64,000 nt of DNA, taken from Eledone cirrhosa. Its lineage: Eukaryota. The notes beneath the pieces were generated by a model, which worked only from the letters and a program-made list of their open reading frames with translations, made no database searches and was not told where the DNA came from. The stretch lies in NCBI GenBank assembly GCA_964016885.1, contig OZ024753.1, positions 36,704,001-36,768,000 of the forward strand, read 5' to 3'. The translations under genes and the position numbers were made by a program. Numbering within the stretch: the stretch's first letter is position 1; every line of letters starts with the position of its first letter. Positions 15,123-27,887 of the stretch are shown here, in pieces.

Positions 15123-15186
<64 letters not shown>

Positions 15187-15225
15187 ATATTAAATAAATG
15201 GAAACTATATTTATAAAACCATATT

Positions 15226-15286
15226 TATTCTATTATATATATTTCAAGGGTACCAAACCTTTGGTACGCTTTTATCAGATAAAATA
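15226..15286 (-). ncRNA. Minimal type I hammerhead-like motif (G8>A deviation)
   Basis: TATTTTAT-CTGATAA-AAG(C)GTACCAAA-GG-TTTGGTAC(C)CTT-GAAA-TATATA-TA-ATAGAATA. Helix I is 8 bp. The host segment 15181-15353 lies between (TA)n tracts. Confidence 0.6.
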
Positions 15287-15363
15287 CAAAGTTTGTTTTA
15301 TAAATGTTGACATAACCAAGAAAAGATACCTTAACGGTTCAAGTTTTCCTTGGATATACATAC

Positions 15364-15420
<57 letters not shown>

Positions 15421-15423
<3 letters not shown>

Positions 15424-15909
15424 ACTAGAAATTGATTGACATATATATATATCTAAAATAAGCATATGAAACAATCACAGGGGATAATTTGTAAAGTATG
15501 TAAGCACACACAGCTAGGTAAGTAACCAATTAAAGTTTAACTAGAACTTCAAATATAGATACCTTTTAAAATGATTAATCTTCCTTGTATATATTTCATT
15601 AAAGAAATATATTTCACCATTAATCTGTAAATGACAGTAGTCAAATCCCGAATTTTCAAGGTATCTATATTTGAAGTTCTAGTTAAACTTTAATTAGTTA
15701 CCTACCTAGCTGTGTGTGCTTACACACTTTACAAATTATCCCCTGTGATTGTTACATGTGTTTATTTTAGATAAATATATATATATGTCAATCAATTTCT
15801 AGTTGATATAAAATGCTCGGATCTATTCATTGGAATCTTTGAGCATATTCTACAGTGGATATGGCGCCGCATGTCTTTCGGACATGACACTCTTAATTTA
15901 ATTTTGGAT
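15421..15909. mobile_element. (TA)n-embedded element with about 145-bp inverted arms (15421-15565 and 15658-15806)
   Basis: The arms align in reverse complement with a few substitutions. The terminal CATGACACTCTTAATTTAATTTTGGATA is also found inverted at about 3195-3224. Confidence 0.75.
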
Positions 15910-15933
15910 ATATATATATACACACACACACAC

Positions 15934-16063
<130 letters not shown>

Positions 16064-16074
16064 ATATATATATA

Positions 16075-16179
<105 letters not shown>

Positions 16180-17271
16180 CGGGGTACTATTTTCAGTGTG
16201 TAAGAAACTAAATTAGCAATAGTTATTAAGGTTCCTTTAAATTCGATTGAAACCACATTTGTCGAATTTAGAAATTGAGGATAGTACCTTTAACACGTCA
16301 CTAAACCATCGCTCTGTCTGAGACAATAAATGGCAATCTTACTAATTGAGATGGACATTGATGAGATAGAATTGGAAATATCATGTCCGGAAACCTAACA
16401 GAAATGGTTACATTTTTGAATGGGGCAAAATAAATAATACAACGGTAGTAACAAGTTTGCTAGTGATGGGACAACAAAGAAACAAAGAAAGAAAGAAGGG
16501 AATAAAGTAAGTACTAAAGGAGTGTAAATGTTGATAGAAACGGACGAAGAAAAGAACGTAAAGGACATTTGCTAGAATAGAGACAATTAGTAAAAGATAA
16601 TAATTAGGAAGAGAAAGAAATTGTGAGAGAGTGAGAGGAGAGTGAGAGAAGGTGGAGGGTGGCTGTCAGTGAGAACGATACAATAAATGAAAGAGGAAAT
16701 ATGAAACAAAGAGATGAAACTAGAAAGAAAACAAGAAAGAGAGTGAGAAAAAACTAGAATTAGGAGCAAGGGAAGAAAAGAAAATAGATAAGAAAAGAAA
16801 CCAATAAAATATAGAAAGAAAATGTAAGACTGAATTTTTTTCTTAAATTAAAAATGAATGAAAAAAGTTAATAATAATCATAATAAAAAATAGAAAGAAT
16901 TTATAAAGAAAAAAAAAAGAATAAAAAAGAAAGCGAACGAATGAAAAGCTAAAGAAATGAAAATACAAAGTTATCCAAAATGGAAGAAAAATACAAACAG
17001 ACAAATAAAGAGAGATAGTAAGTGAGTGAGAAAGAAAGGCAAGGCTGGAGTAAACAAACAAGAAAATAAACGCAGAAAGAAACAACTATATAATAATAGA
17101 AAAGAAAGCTAAGATTAGTTTGAAGAGAGAATGTGATTTTGAAGTGAAGCCACCATATTCTGATTGTTTTAACACGAGTTACAAGCTGCTGGTTTGATTC
17201 ATCAAATATTTGGCTATGTCATCCAACATGGTGCTGATGTGTGCTTTTATTTTTCAAAAAAAAAAAAATTA

Positions 17272-17308
<37 letters not shown>

Positions 17309-17770
17309 TAAAAGAAAAAATAATCTCCTTGCAGCATCTTCATTGCATTTTTTTTTCACGCTCTTCGCTCTTACGTTAACACACACACACAAACACACAT
17401 ACACACATACACACATACACACACTTTGCTAAACTTTATTGGTAAACAGGTATTACGTCACGTCACATCAGGATCCCGTTCGTTGTGAAGGACCGGGGTG
17501 GGAAAATAACTAAACGAGTGAGAAGTTGAAAATTAGAAGAGGGGGAATAATTCAAAACAACAACAACAACAAAAAAACATTTCCACAAGATTGGTCAGTT
17601 TGAAATTTGGAAACGCACACATGTATTTACATACACATTCAAGTACATTCAAACGCAAACACACTTACAACCACCCTTACACATTTACATAGGTACACAC
17701 ACACACACTTACACTTACGCATACACACATGCAGTTACACCCACATTCACACATATCTACAGATACACAA

Positions 17771-17910
17771 GAGTGATGGATTAGTGTAGGACAACATGCT
17801 TTGTGGCATAGAGTTACGGGCTTTTACGTACTCAGTTCAAATCTTGTCGAGGTGAGCTTTGCCTCTCGTCCTTAAAGAGGTAAAAAAAAATGAATGTAAT
17901 GCACTGGGAA
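17771..17910 (+). mobile_element. SINE family 1, diverged
   Basis: GCATAGAGTTACGG..CTCAGTTCAAATC..GAGGTGAGCTTTGCCT. Confidence 0.65.
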
Positions 17911-18647
17911 CAAAGAGCCTCAACTAATACCCTGATGTATTCTATCAATTTTCTGACCAGTCAGTCAATTCACCGCTGAATTTGAGGCCTCTTATTTAAA
18001 ACGAAAATACTTATACCGGAAAGTTTCAAACATATTTGACTTAATTATTTTGCAGCCCTGAAGATTATGCAGTCTTGGCCGTAGATCATGTATACATCCG
18101 GCATACAGCAAAAATTAAGACAACTTGCAGATCATGGGGACGTCTGGTGTGAAATGCATCCGATAGATCGCTAGTTACCAACACAAACGAAACAGTGGAA
18201 CCATATAGCTTAATCCCATAACCATATCGTCGTGAGTTCAACTCCCCGGACCCGGTGGTGTGTTATAAAATACTTCAGATTGATGACCAGTTGCCGACCC
18301 TAACTGAACAGTGCTTAAAGCTTTGGTTTCACAATCATATAAAATCGTGGATTCGATTCCCAGATCAGGCGGCGTGGCGTGAAATGTTTCCGATATGTGG
18401 CCATTTGCCGCTACCAAGCGAACAGATGTTGCTGTAATGGCTATATAATGCAGCGGTTCAGTATTTCAATGATACTGAATTACGTTTATCAAAGTCTCCC
18501 TCCCATTAACATCATGTGAGTCAGCAAGGAGAAACATACTTGATATTCTAATTTCTCCATCTAGTCACTGAACCTTCCAACCAAACCCAAATCCTTTACC
18601 CTACTTATCGCCCTCTTTTCCTGCAACTACGATATCCCTTCTCTCCT

Positions 18648-18731
<84 letters not shown>

Positions 18732-18795
18732 TGTCCCAAGGCTCTGATACCATCAACACTATACACACAGAGCTGGCATATCTAAGAACTGACTA

Positions 18796-18851
18796 ACTGC
18801 CTGATGAGGTCATAGCCATTCAATGGCTATCATCGAAATATATATAGCAGT
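18796..18851 (+). ncRNA. Minimal type I hammerhead ribozyme, canonical core
   Basis: ACTGC-CTGATGA-GGT(C)ATAGCCA-TTCAA-TGGCTAT(C)ATC-GAAA-TATATA-TA-GCAGT, then AATAAA, and (TA)n about 45 nt later. Confidence 0.8.
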
Positions 18852-18892
18852 AAATAAAGGATTATGAGTTCATGCAATTGACTTATGTTTCG

Positions 18893-18983
<91 letters not shown>

Positions 18984-19490
18984 ATATATATGTAATCTGA
19001 GTTTTTCGAATATTAATAATAACATTCGATTCGTTTGTAATTATGCAAACAAGCCTCAATTTTGTAGCCATATCAGTAGAATGAACCCTTCATTCTTGCT
19101 CTTATGTTGGCATGTGAACAGAACTGCAGACACTAACAGCTCAGTGTTCACCTGCCAAACTGTCAGAGCTAGTGAAAATATATATGCTATTTTCAAAAAT
19201 ACACAGTGACTGATCGGCCTGATTTGCATATTAGCAGACTGGCTGATCAGTCAGATCTGCATATTAGCAGATCCACTGTTTGTTTGTTTTGTGTATGTGT
19301 GTGTAGTAGTGGCGCCCACACACATTATTAGCTATTTGAAAAGATGATGGATTTCGCAACAGACTGCACCAGGGTTCCTGTTCTTCAGGGAACCACACTA
19401 TATGGGGGACAGGGAATTCTGGGGCATGAGAGCGAGATCCATCATCTCGACAGTAGTCGAAGAATGATGATGATGATGATGATGATGATG

Positions 19491-19542
<52 letters not shown>

Positions 19543-19854
19543 CTCACTCTTATTCACACCCACTCTATTTCACTCCCTCTCAAAGACCTACAATCACCAT
19601 CATCACCATTAGTTGTCCTCATTACCATCGCCATCGTCCTCATCATCACCATCGACACCATCATCACCATCGTCACCATCATCTCCATCGTCACCATCGT
19701 CATCGCCATCGTTGACATCATCTCATCCTCGCCTTCCCCACCCCACTATCGCCGCCATCATCATCACCGACACAATCATCATTACTGCCGACATTATAAA
19801 CAATTCCCTCTATCTTACTCAACCACTCTCCCTCCCTCACACACAATCTCTCTC

Positions 19855-19967
<113 letters not shown>

Positions 19968-20228
19968 ACTCTACCATAACTAAACCAAACTACCCTGTAC
20001 AAATACTGTTCAATAATGATATAAGCGGCTAATTGCCAAAGCTCTGAAGATGCTCAGCCGCCTTCCAGATCAAACGACAATTTTATAATGCCGGACTGCC
20101 TAACAATTCAATGGCTGATTTTCATGTTTTTACTAAACCCTTATCACTTCTACACATCAATTTCATTTTACAACACATAGATAGAGAGATATACAGAGAG
20201 AGAGGGGGGGGGGGTAGAGAAAGGGAGG

Positions 20229-20289
<61 letters not shown>

Positions 20290-20439
20290 TACAGAGAGAG
20301 GGGGTAGAGAAAGGGGGGAGATAGATATATAGATATACAGAGAGAAAGAGAGTGAGAGCGGGAGATAGATAGATAGATAGATAGATATACAGAGAGAAAG
20401 AGAGCGAGAGAGGGAGAGAGAGAGAGAGAGAGCGGTAGG

Positions 20440-20502
<63 letters not shown>

Positions 20503-20552
20503 GTATGTATATATGTATATATATATATATATATACATACATATATATATAT

Positions 20553-20599
<47 letters not shown>

Positions 20600-20658
20600 T
20601 AGACAGATAGATAAAATGATAGGTAGATAGATAGTTAGTTAGACAGATAGGCATGCAT

Positions 20659-20698
<40 letters not shown>

Positions 20699-20752
20699 GT
20701 GGGGGTCGGGGGTTATGATGGTCAAGGGTGAAGGATCTATGGAAGGGAGGGT

Positions 20753-20818
<66 letters not shown>

Positions 20819-20939
20819 AGAGGAGGAACATTTCCAGCTAATTTTAAAATCCTCCGTTACGAAGTCCTCCCTGTGAACGGGTTCCGATGTGTGATTCTAA
20901 TTGGTGGTGATAGAATTATGAGAAGTATATGGAGGTGAG

Positions 20940-20956
20940 TGTGTGTGAAAGAGAGG

Positions 20957-20994
<38 letters not shown>

Positions 20995-21388
20995 GAGGGC
21001 ATGTGTGTGTGTGTGAGTGTGTGTGAAAGAGAGGGCATGAGTATGAGTGTGTGAGTGTGTGTGTGTGTGAAAGAGAGGGCATGAGTATGAGTGTGTGTGT
21101 GAGTGTGTGTGAAAGAGAGGGCATGAGTATGAGTGTGTGTGTGAGTGTGTGTGAAAGAGAGGGCATGAGTATGAGTGTGTGTGTGAGTGTGTGTGAAAGA
21201 GAGGGCATGAGTATGAGTGTGTGAGTGTGTGTGAAAGAGAGGGCATGAGTATGAGTGTGTGAGTGTGTGTGTGTGTGAAAGAGAGGGCATGAGTATGAGT
21301 GTGTGTGTGAGTGTGTGTGAAAGAGAGGGCATGAGTATGAGTGTGTGTGTGAGTGTGTGTGAAAGAGAGGGCATGAGTATGAGTGTGT

Positions 21389-21400
<12 letters not shown>
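20940..21400. repeat. Minisatellite, about 36-46-bp unit (GTGTGAAAGAGAGGGCATGAGTATGA..)
   Basis: About 11 copies of the GAAAGAGAGGGC anchor with variable (GT)n. Confidence 0.9.
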
Positions 21401-21445
<45 letters not shown>

Positions 21446-21614
21446 TGTGTGTGTGTGTGTGTGTGTATGCTTAAATGTGTGTCCGTGTGAGTGAGCACGT
21501 ATGTCTGCGTGTGAGAAAGGGAGAATGAGAAAGAGAGAAAGCTATCAATGCAATGACTAGTCACACCGATCGATAATAACACACACACATTTACACCCAT
21601 ACACACATACATAA

Positions 21615-21652
<38 letters not shown>

Positions 21653-21927
21653 GTACATACTATACATACACACGTACACATGCATACATAAACACATACC
21701 TACATACATATACACATATACGTATACATATCTACATAAATATTATCGATGCGAAGAAAGAGATGTGTGGGAGGAATTATTGTGTGAATGTGTGTGTTTG
21801 CAAATGTGTAGGTGTGTATGGGCGAACGTGTGTGCGTGGCTAATTGCAGGTAAGTATGTGTATATAAGTCTGTATATTTCAGTATGTGTGTGCTGGTTGG
21901 TGTACGCAAGAGCGTGTGCTATGTTGT

Positions 21928-22578
21928 GCTAGTGTACTCTAGTGGTGTGCTAGTGTGCTCTAGTGGTGTGCGAGTGTACTCTAGTGGTGTGCTACTATGC
22001 TCTAGTGGTGTGCTAGTGTACTCTAGTGGTGTGCTAGTGTACTCTAGTGGTGCGCTACTATACTCTAGTGGTGTGCTACTATACTCTAGTGGTGTGCGAG
22101 TGTACTCTAGTGGTGTGCGAATGTACTCTAGTGGTGTGCTAGTGTACTCTAGTGGTGTGCTACTATACTCTAGTGGTGTGCTACTATACTCTAGTGGTGT
22201 GCTACTATACTCTAGTGGTGTGCGAGTGTACTCTAGTGGTGTGCTAGTGTACTCTAGTGGTGTATTAGTGTGCTCTAGTGGTGTACTCTAGTGATGTGCT
22301 ACTATACTCTAGTGGTGTGCTACTATACTCTAGTGGTGTGCTACTATACTCTAGTGGTGTGCTACTATACCCTAGTGGTGTGCGAATGTACTCTAGTGGT
22401 GTGCTAGTGTACTCTAGTGGTGTGCTACTATGCTCTAGTGATGTGCGAGTGTACTCTAGTGGTGTGCTACTATGCTCTAGTGATGTGCGAGTGTACTCTG
22501 GTGGTGTGCTAGTGTACTCTAGAGTGTGTGCTAGTGTGCTCTAGCGGTGTGCGAGTGTACTCTAGTGGTGCTCTAGTG
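21928..22578. repeat. 21-bp minisatellite (CTAGTGGTGTGCTAGTGTACT variants), about 30 copies
   Basis: Direct tandem periodicity of 21. It produces the spurious YSSGVLV ORF. Confidence 0.95.
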
Positions 22579-22776
22579 TGCGACAGATAAAACGTTCAAA
22601 GTAGAAGGTGGCAAGCAACATTTCACGATGCCGGCCAACCAAGCGTGAATTCCTTAACAGTGTTGTGTGAACATTTTCGAGCATCATTTCCACGTGAGTG
22701 GACGTGTGAAGATAAACAATTTTGGAACACTTTAAATGAGTTATTACTGAAAATGTTTCGTGTATAGTAAAGACAG

Positions 22777-22790
22777 GTTGCCATAGCGAC
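22777..22790. promoter_or_regulatory. Candidate RFX X-box
   Basis: GTTGCCATAGCGAC (reverse complement GTCGCTATGGCAAC) in a unique island with CACGTG (22691) and GGGGCGG (22925). Confidence 0.3.
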
Positions 22791-23037
22791 TGTGCGAGGA
22801 GGTTCTGAGAGAGAAAAAGAGAGAGAGAGAGGGAGCGAGTGGAGAGAAACATAGCGTGAGAGACTCAGAGAGACTCAGAGAGGCAGAAAGAGAGTGAAAG
22901 GACCAGAAAGGGAGGGGAGGGACGGGGGCGGACACAAAGGGAGAGAAAATGAAAGAGCGAGAGTGAGAGAAAGTGAGAGAGAGAGAGAGAGAGAGAGAGA
23001 GTGAGAGGGAGAGATAGGGGGGAGGGAGAGAGAGACT

Positions 23038-23087
<50 letters not shown>

Positions 23088-23202
23088 AGAAGATTATTGT
23101 AGCTATTTGCAGCCCGCTTCATTCAGTCGGATTAGTTATGGAAACACTGAAGCGATGTTATTGGTGGAATAGCGCACAAAATGAACTTTCAACCCTTCTT
23201 GC

Positions 23203-23331
<129 letters not shown>

Positions 23332-23355
23332 CAAATATATATATACATACATATA

Positions 23356-23415
<60 letters not shown>

Positions 23416-23422
23416 TATACAC

Positions 23423-23492
<70 letters not shown>

Positions 23493-23615
23493 TCATATAT
23501 ATATATATATATATACATATAAATATATATATATATATATGTGTGTATATATATATATATATACATACATATATATATATATGTATATATATATGTAGAT
23601 AAATCTACCAAGATT

Positions 23616-23774
<159 letters not shown>

Positions 23775-23836
23775 GAGTACTTGTATGTGTATGTGTGTGT
23801 ATATGTATAAATGGGTGCATATGTGTGTATGCATGC

Positions 23837-23867
<31 letters not shown>

Positions 23868-23891
23868 TATATATATATACGTGTGTATATA

Positions 23892-24042
23892 GTTTCTGTC
23901 TACGGAATTGGACTCTCAGGACATTGATACATTGATCAACCGAGAATACAGTAGATAACACCAGCTCAACGTGCTGCACATAGATACTGAACCTAGGACC
24001 ACTTAGCTATGCATTGTATACCTTAACCACACAGCCATGCTT
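23892..24042 (-). mobile_element. tRNA-derived SINE family 3, diverged
   Basis: Minus strand reads GCATGGCTGTGTGGTTAAGG..GGTTCAGTC..GTAGACAGAAAC. A related remnant lies at about 39890-39985. Confidence 0.55.
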
Positions 24043-24387
24043 GCTCATCATTGTATTCTCATTGAAGCAAGATATCCCATCTATTATATCAGCCGTCTGT
24101 ATATCACATATTACACACACCAGTACACTAACTAGCTACCCTCACTAGATTGAAAACCAATAGCTCCTTAAAACCCATTTCTCCTTACACATACACACAC
24201 ACGTATACGCATACATACACATACACACACATACACATACACACGCATACACATACATCATGTCACACACATACGCAGAGTACATCACACGTACACACAC
24301 AGACGCACACAGAACGTCGTTTCAAGCATTCCACCTTTTCGCACACAAGCTCAAGCTTCTCCTTGTCTCTCCTTCTCCTCTACTCTC

Positions 24388-24421
<34 letters not shown>

Positions 24422-24465
24422 ACTCTCTCTCTCTCTCTCTCACACTCTCTCTCTCCCTCTCTCTC

Positions 24466-24499
<34 letters not shown>

Positions 24500-24789
24500 C
24501 CACCATAGATATGTGTACATGTGTGTAATATTATATATCTACGCATACATATATCTATATCTATATATGTATATATATTTATATATATATGTATATGTGT
24601 GTGTGTATGTATGTATATATATATATATATGAAACTATATGTGTGGTGGAGTTTAATGTGTATCAATGTTGTTTGAGATGAAAAGAAAAAAAAGGCATCG
24701 TGAAAGATTTACACGTGCGTGCGTATATACACCTACACACACACACACACCAACATATACACACACGCGCTTATACGAGCACATGCACA

Positions 24790-25625
24790 CACGCTGGCAC
24801 ACGAACACACACTTATACGAGCACTTGCACACAGGCTCGCATACGTACACTAACCCACGCACGCCTATACGATCATATGCACACAGGCTCGCATACGTAC
24901 ACCTACCCACGCACGCCCATACGATCATATGCACACAGGCTCGCATACGTACACCTAGCCACGCACGCCCATACGATCACTTACACACACGCTCGCATAC
25001 GTACACCTACCCACGCACGCCCATACGAGCACTTACACACAGGCTCGCATACGTACACCTACCCACGCACGCCCATACGAGCACTTACACACAGGCTCGC
25101 ATACGTACACCTACCCACGCACGCCCATACGAGCACTTACACACACGCTCGCATACGTACACCTACCCACGCACGCCCATACGAGCACTTACACACACGC
25201 TCGCATACGTACACCTACCCACGCACGCCTATACGAGCACTTACACACACGCTCGCATACGTACACCTACCCACGCACGCCCATACGAGCACTTACACAC
25301 ACGCTCGCATACGTTCACCTACCCACGCACATCCATACGAGCACTTACACACAGGTTCGCATACGTACACCTACCCACGCACGCCCATACGAGCACTTAC
25401 ACACAGGCTCGCATACGTACACCTACCCACGCACGCCCATACGAGCACTTACACACAGGCTCGCATACGTACACCTACCCACGCACGCCCATACGAGCAC
25501 TTACACACAGGCTCGCATACGTACACCTACCCACGCACGCCCATACGAGCACTTACACACAGGCTCGCATACGTACACCTACCCACGCACGCCCATACGA
25601 GCACTTACACACACGCTCGCGTACG
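24790..25625. repeat. 52-bp minisatellite, about 16 copies
   Basis: Unit ACACAGGCTCGCATACGTACACCTACCCACGCACGCCCATACGAGCACTTAC, with anchors at 25041 and 25093. Confidence 0.95.
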
Positions 25626-25988
25626 AACACCTCACAGACACGCTCACATGAACACATGCACAATTGCACACACACTATTACACGTACACATGCAAACAAC
25701 ACACTCTTGTACACATACCCTTTCAGTTCACCACCACCACCTCCTCCTCCTCCTTCTCTTCCTCCTCCTCCCTCTCAGCTCATAATATGAGCCACTATCC
25801 AATCAAACCTTATTTCTGTGTGGCACTTTATCTACATCCCGATTGTGTGTGTGTGTGTGTGGACGTGTGTGTGGACGTGTGTGTGTGGACATGTGTGTGG
25901 ACGTGTGTGTGTGTGTCTGTGTGTGCTTCTCCCTATATTCTCTCAATTTATCTATCCTCTCTACCTCACACCCTAGCACTCTCACTCC

Positions 25989-26071
<83 letters not shown>

Positions 26072-26430
26072 TCTCCTTGTCTCTCGCACGCTACTTAACT
26101 AGCCTATGATACGGTTCGTTTAGAGATTGTTACGCTTCACCGGTTTACTCTATCGAGAGACTACGTTCTCAATGGCAGATGCCGCTCCAGGCGAAACTAG
26201 CAAACCTTGCTATATGCTTGTGTATGTGCAGAAGGCTGTGCACGTGTGAATGTGTACTTATGCTTGCAAACGTGCGTTCTGTGTGCATATCCGTGAATTA
26301 GTGTATATATGTGTTGAGCGTGTGCGTTAATATGTGGGTATATATGAGTATGTATATACGGTTGTGTGTTCAATCTTTGTATCAATGTACAGTTGTGGCT
26401 GTGTGCGTATGTGGTGAGTGCGTCTATGAA

Positions 26431-26479
<49 letters not shown>

Positions 26480-26520
26480 CCACACTCATATATATATATA
26501 TATATATACACACCCACACA

Positions 26521-26617
<97 letters not shown>

Positions 26618-26654
26618 ATATATATATATATAATATATACATGTATATATATAC

Positions 26655-26695
<41 letters not shown>

Positions 26696-26696
26696 A

Positions 26697-26847
26697 GTTT
26701 ATCCCGGATTTAATCGGGGATAACCACAGTAAGTGAGGTACTCAATACATAGCAAAGTATAAATATTTAATATAGAAATGGCTTCTACAAGACTAGATGA
26801 TGATTTCTCCCGAATGAAACAGTTCTAGTCCTGTAGAAGCCATTTTA

Positions 26848-26850
<3 letters not shown>
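26697..26850. mobile_element. PLE-like family B: minus-strand 3' end joined to an inverted HHR-like segment
   Basis: Arms AAATGGCTTCTACAAGACTAG and CTAGTCCTGTAGAAGCCATTT. Plus-strand TGATGA-T-TTC-TCCC-GAA-T-GAAA-CAGTTCTA-GTC at 26798-26830. (TA)n flanks. Confidence 0.7.
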
Positions 26851-26883
<33 letters not shown>

Positions 26884-26889
26884 AATATA

Positions 26890-27030
26890 TAAGAATGGTT
26901 TTCCGAAAGGGATCGGGAAAAAAAACGGTTAAATAAAGTATTCAATACGTTAGTAGAGAAGAAGTATATTTATGTTATATAGAAATGACTTCTACAGGAC
27001 TAGAACTGTTTCATTCGTATGAAATCATCA
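26890..27030 (-). mobile_element. PLE-like family B, second copy
   Basis: ATAGAAATGACTTCTACAGGACTAGAACTGTTTCATTCGTATGAAATCATCA matches the family B HHR-like segment. Confidence 0.65.
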
Positions 27031-27118
27031 TATTAATGCCTGCGGTAAATTGACTGTTATCATATGTTGGTAATTTTAATCATCCACGTGTTTATATGTG
27101 CATGTTGTTTTTATTCAT

Positions 27119-27226
<108 letters not shown>

Positions 27227-27468
27227 TAATACAATAACAGAGATAGTTTAAAGCTAATCTCTGATATATATATATATTTCTATACATATTAATACAATAA
27301 CAGAGATAGTTTAAAGCTAATCTCTGACTGGTAACCACTCAACAAACATTAGGTTATATTTTAATATAAACCCAATTTAAGTGTTTGGGGTGCTAACAAT
27401 ATGTATTATGTGGAAAAGCCAGTTGTATTATTTTATGAGATATAATTAAAGTTAAAATATATCTCTCT

Positions 27469-27593
27469 TTCCAAACAATTGTTTCATTATAAGTTTTCTA
27501 CAAATTCGGAGAATATTTCCAATTCATGTAGAAGCCTAATATACATTCATGTAAGAATATATTTAGGTGGGAGCTTATAAATCATCAGTGGAA
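27469..27593 (-). ncRNA. Type I hammerhead motif with large branched helix II
   Basis: TTCCA-CTGATGA-T-TTATAAG-[80 nt, two hairpins]-CTTATAA-T-GAAA-CAATTG-TT-TGGAA. Helix I is 5 bp, helix III is palindromic, and the site is GUU. Confidence 0.7.
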
Positions 27594-27788
27594 GCCCATT
27601 AAACCTTGATATAAGAAAAACATTTCTTACCACGGTTAAAAATCATGTCCGTTAAGTTGCTCCTTCCCGCATCGAATGTACCGGCAAATTTGAAATTCCA
27701 GCAGTTTTTGACTGAGGAAGTGTTATAGCGTCACTAAGCGGGAAGGGGAGACAACTACGATCCACGAAAGGAGGAAAAAAAAATAATA

Positions 27789-27834
<46 letters not shown>

Positions 27835-27887
27835 ATTTAAAACTGCACTATCCACAAGTGTTTTTTAACCTTCATATCATGTCTTCC

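Larger units (their letters stand above)
13963..15128 (-). mobile_element. Non-coding HHR-bearing PLE/retrozyme-like element: 591-bp unit, partial second unit and 223-bp inverted copy
   Basis: 13963-14312 matches 14554-14903 (period 591, one substitution seen). 14906-15128 is the reverse complement of 14128-14350. (TA)n lies at both ends. Confidence 0.85.

Noticed and set aside
18045-18117. CTGAAGA with TATGC/GCATA pairing and a possible helix I
   Set aside because: No GAAA or cleavage triplet in position. At most a deleted relic.
19344-19395. Minus-strand CTGAAGA..GAAA
   Set aside because: Helix II is out of register and there is no helix I complement.
21884-22544. Heptad-repeat ORF (YSSGVLV)n
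   Set aside because: It is a 21-bp minisatellite. The frame breaks mid-array and there is no flanking gene structure.
24666-25790. 374-aa and 361-aa His/Thr-rich ORFs, and a possible CRISPR-like array
   Set aside because: The 52-bp unit is not a multiple of 3, the units are contiguous without unique spacers, and the context is eukaryotic.
26797-26830. ATGA..GA as a SECIS element
   Set aside because: The stem is far too short for SECIS helix 2 and there is no linked ORF.
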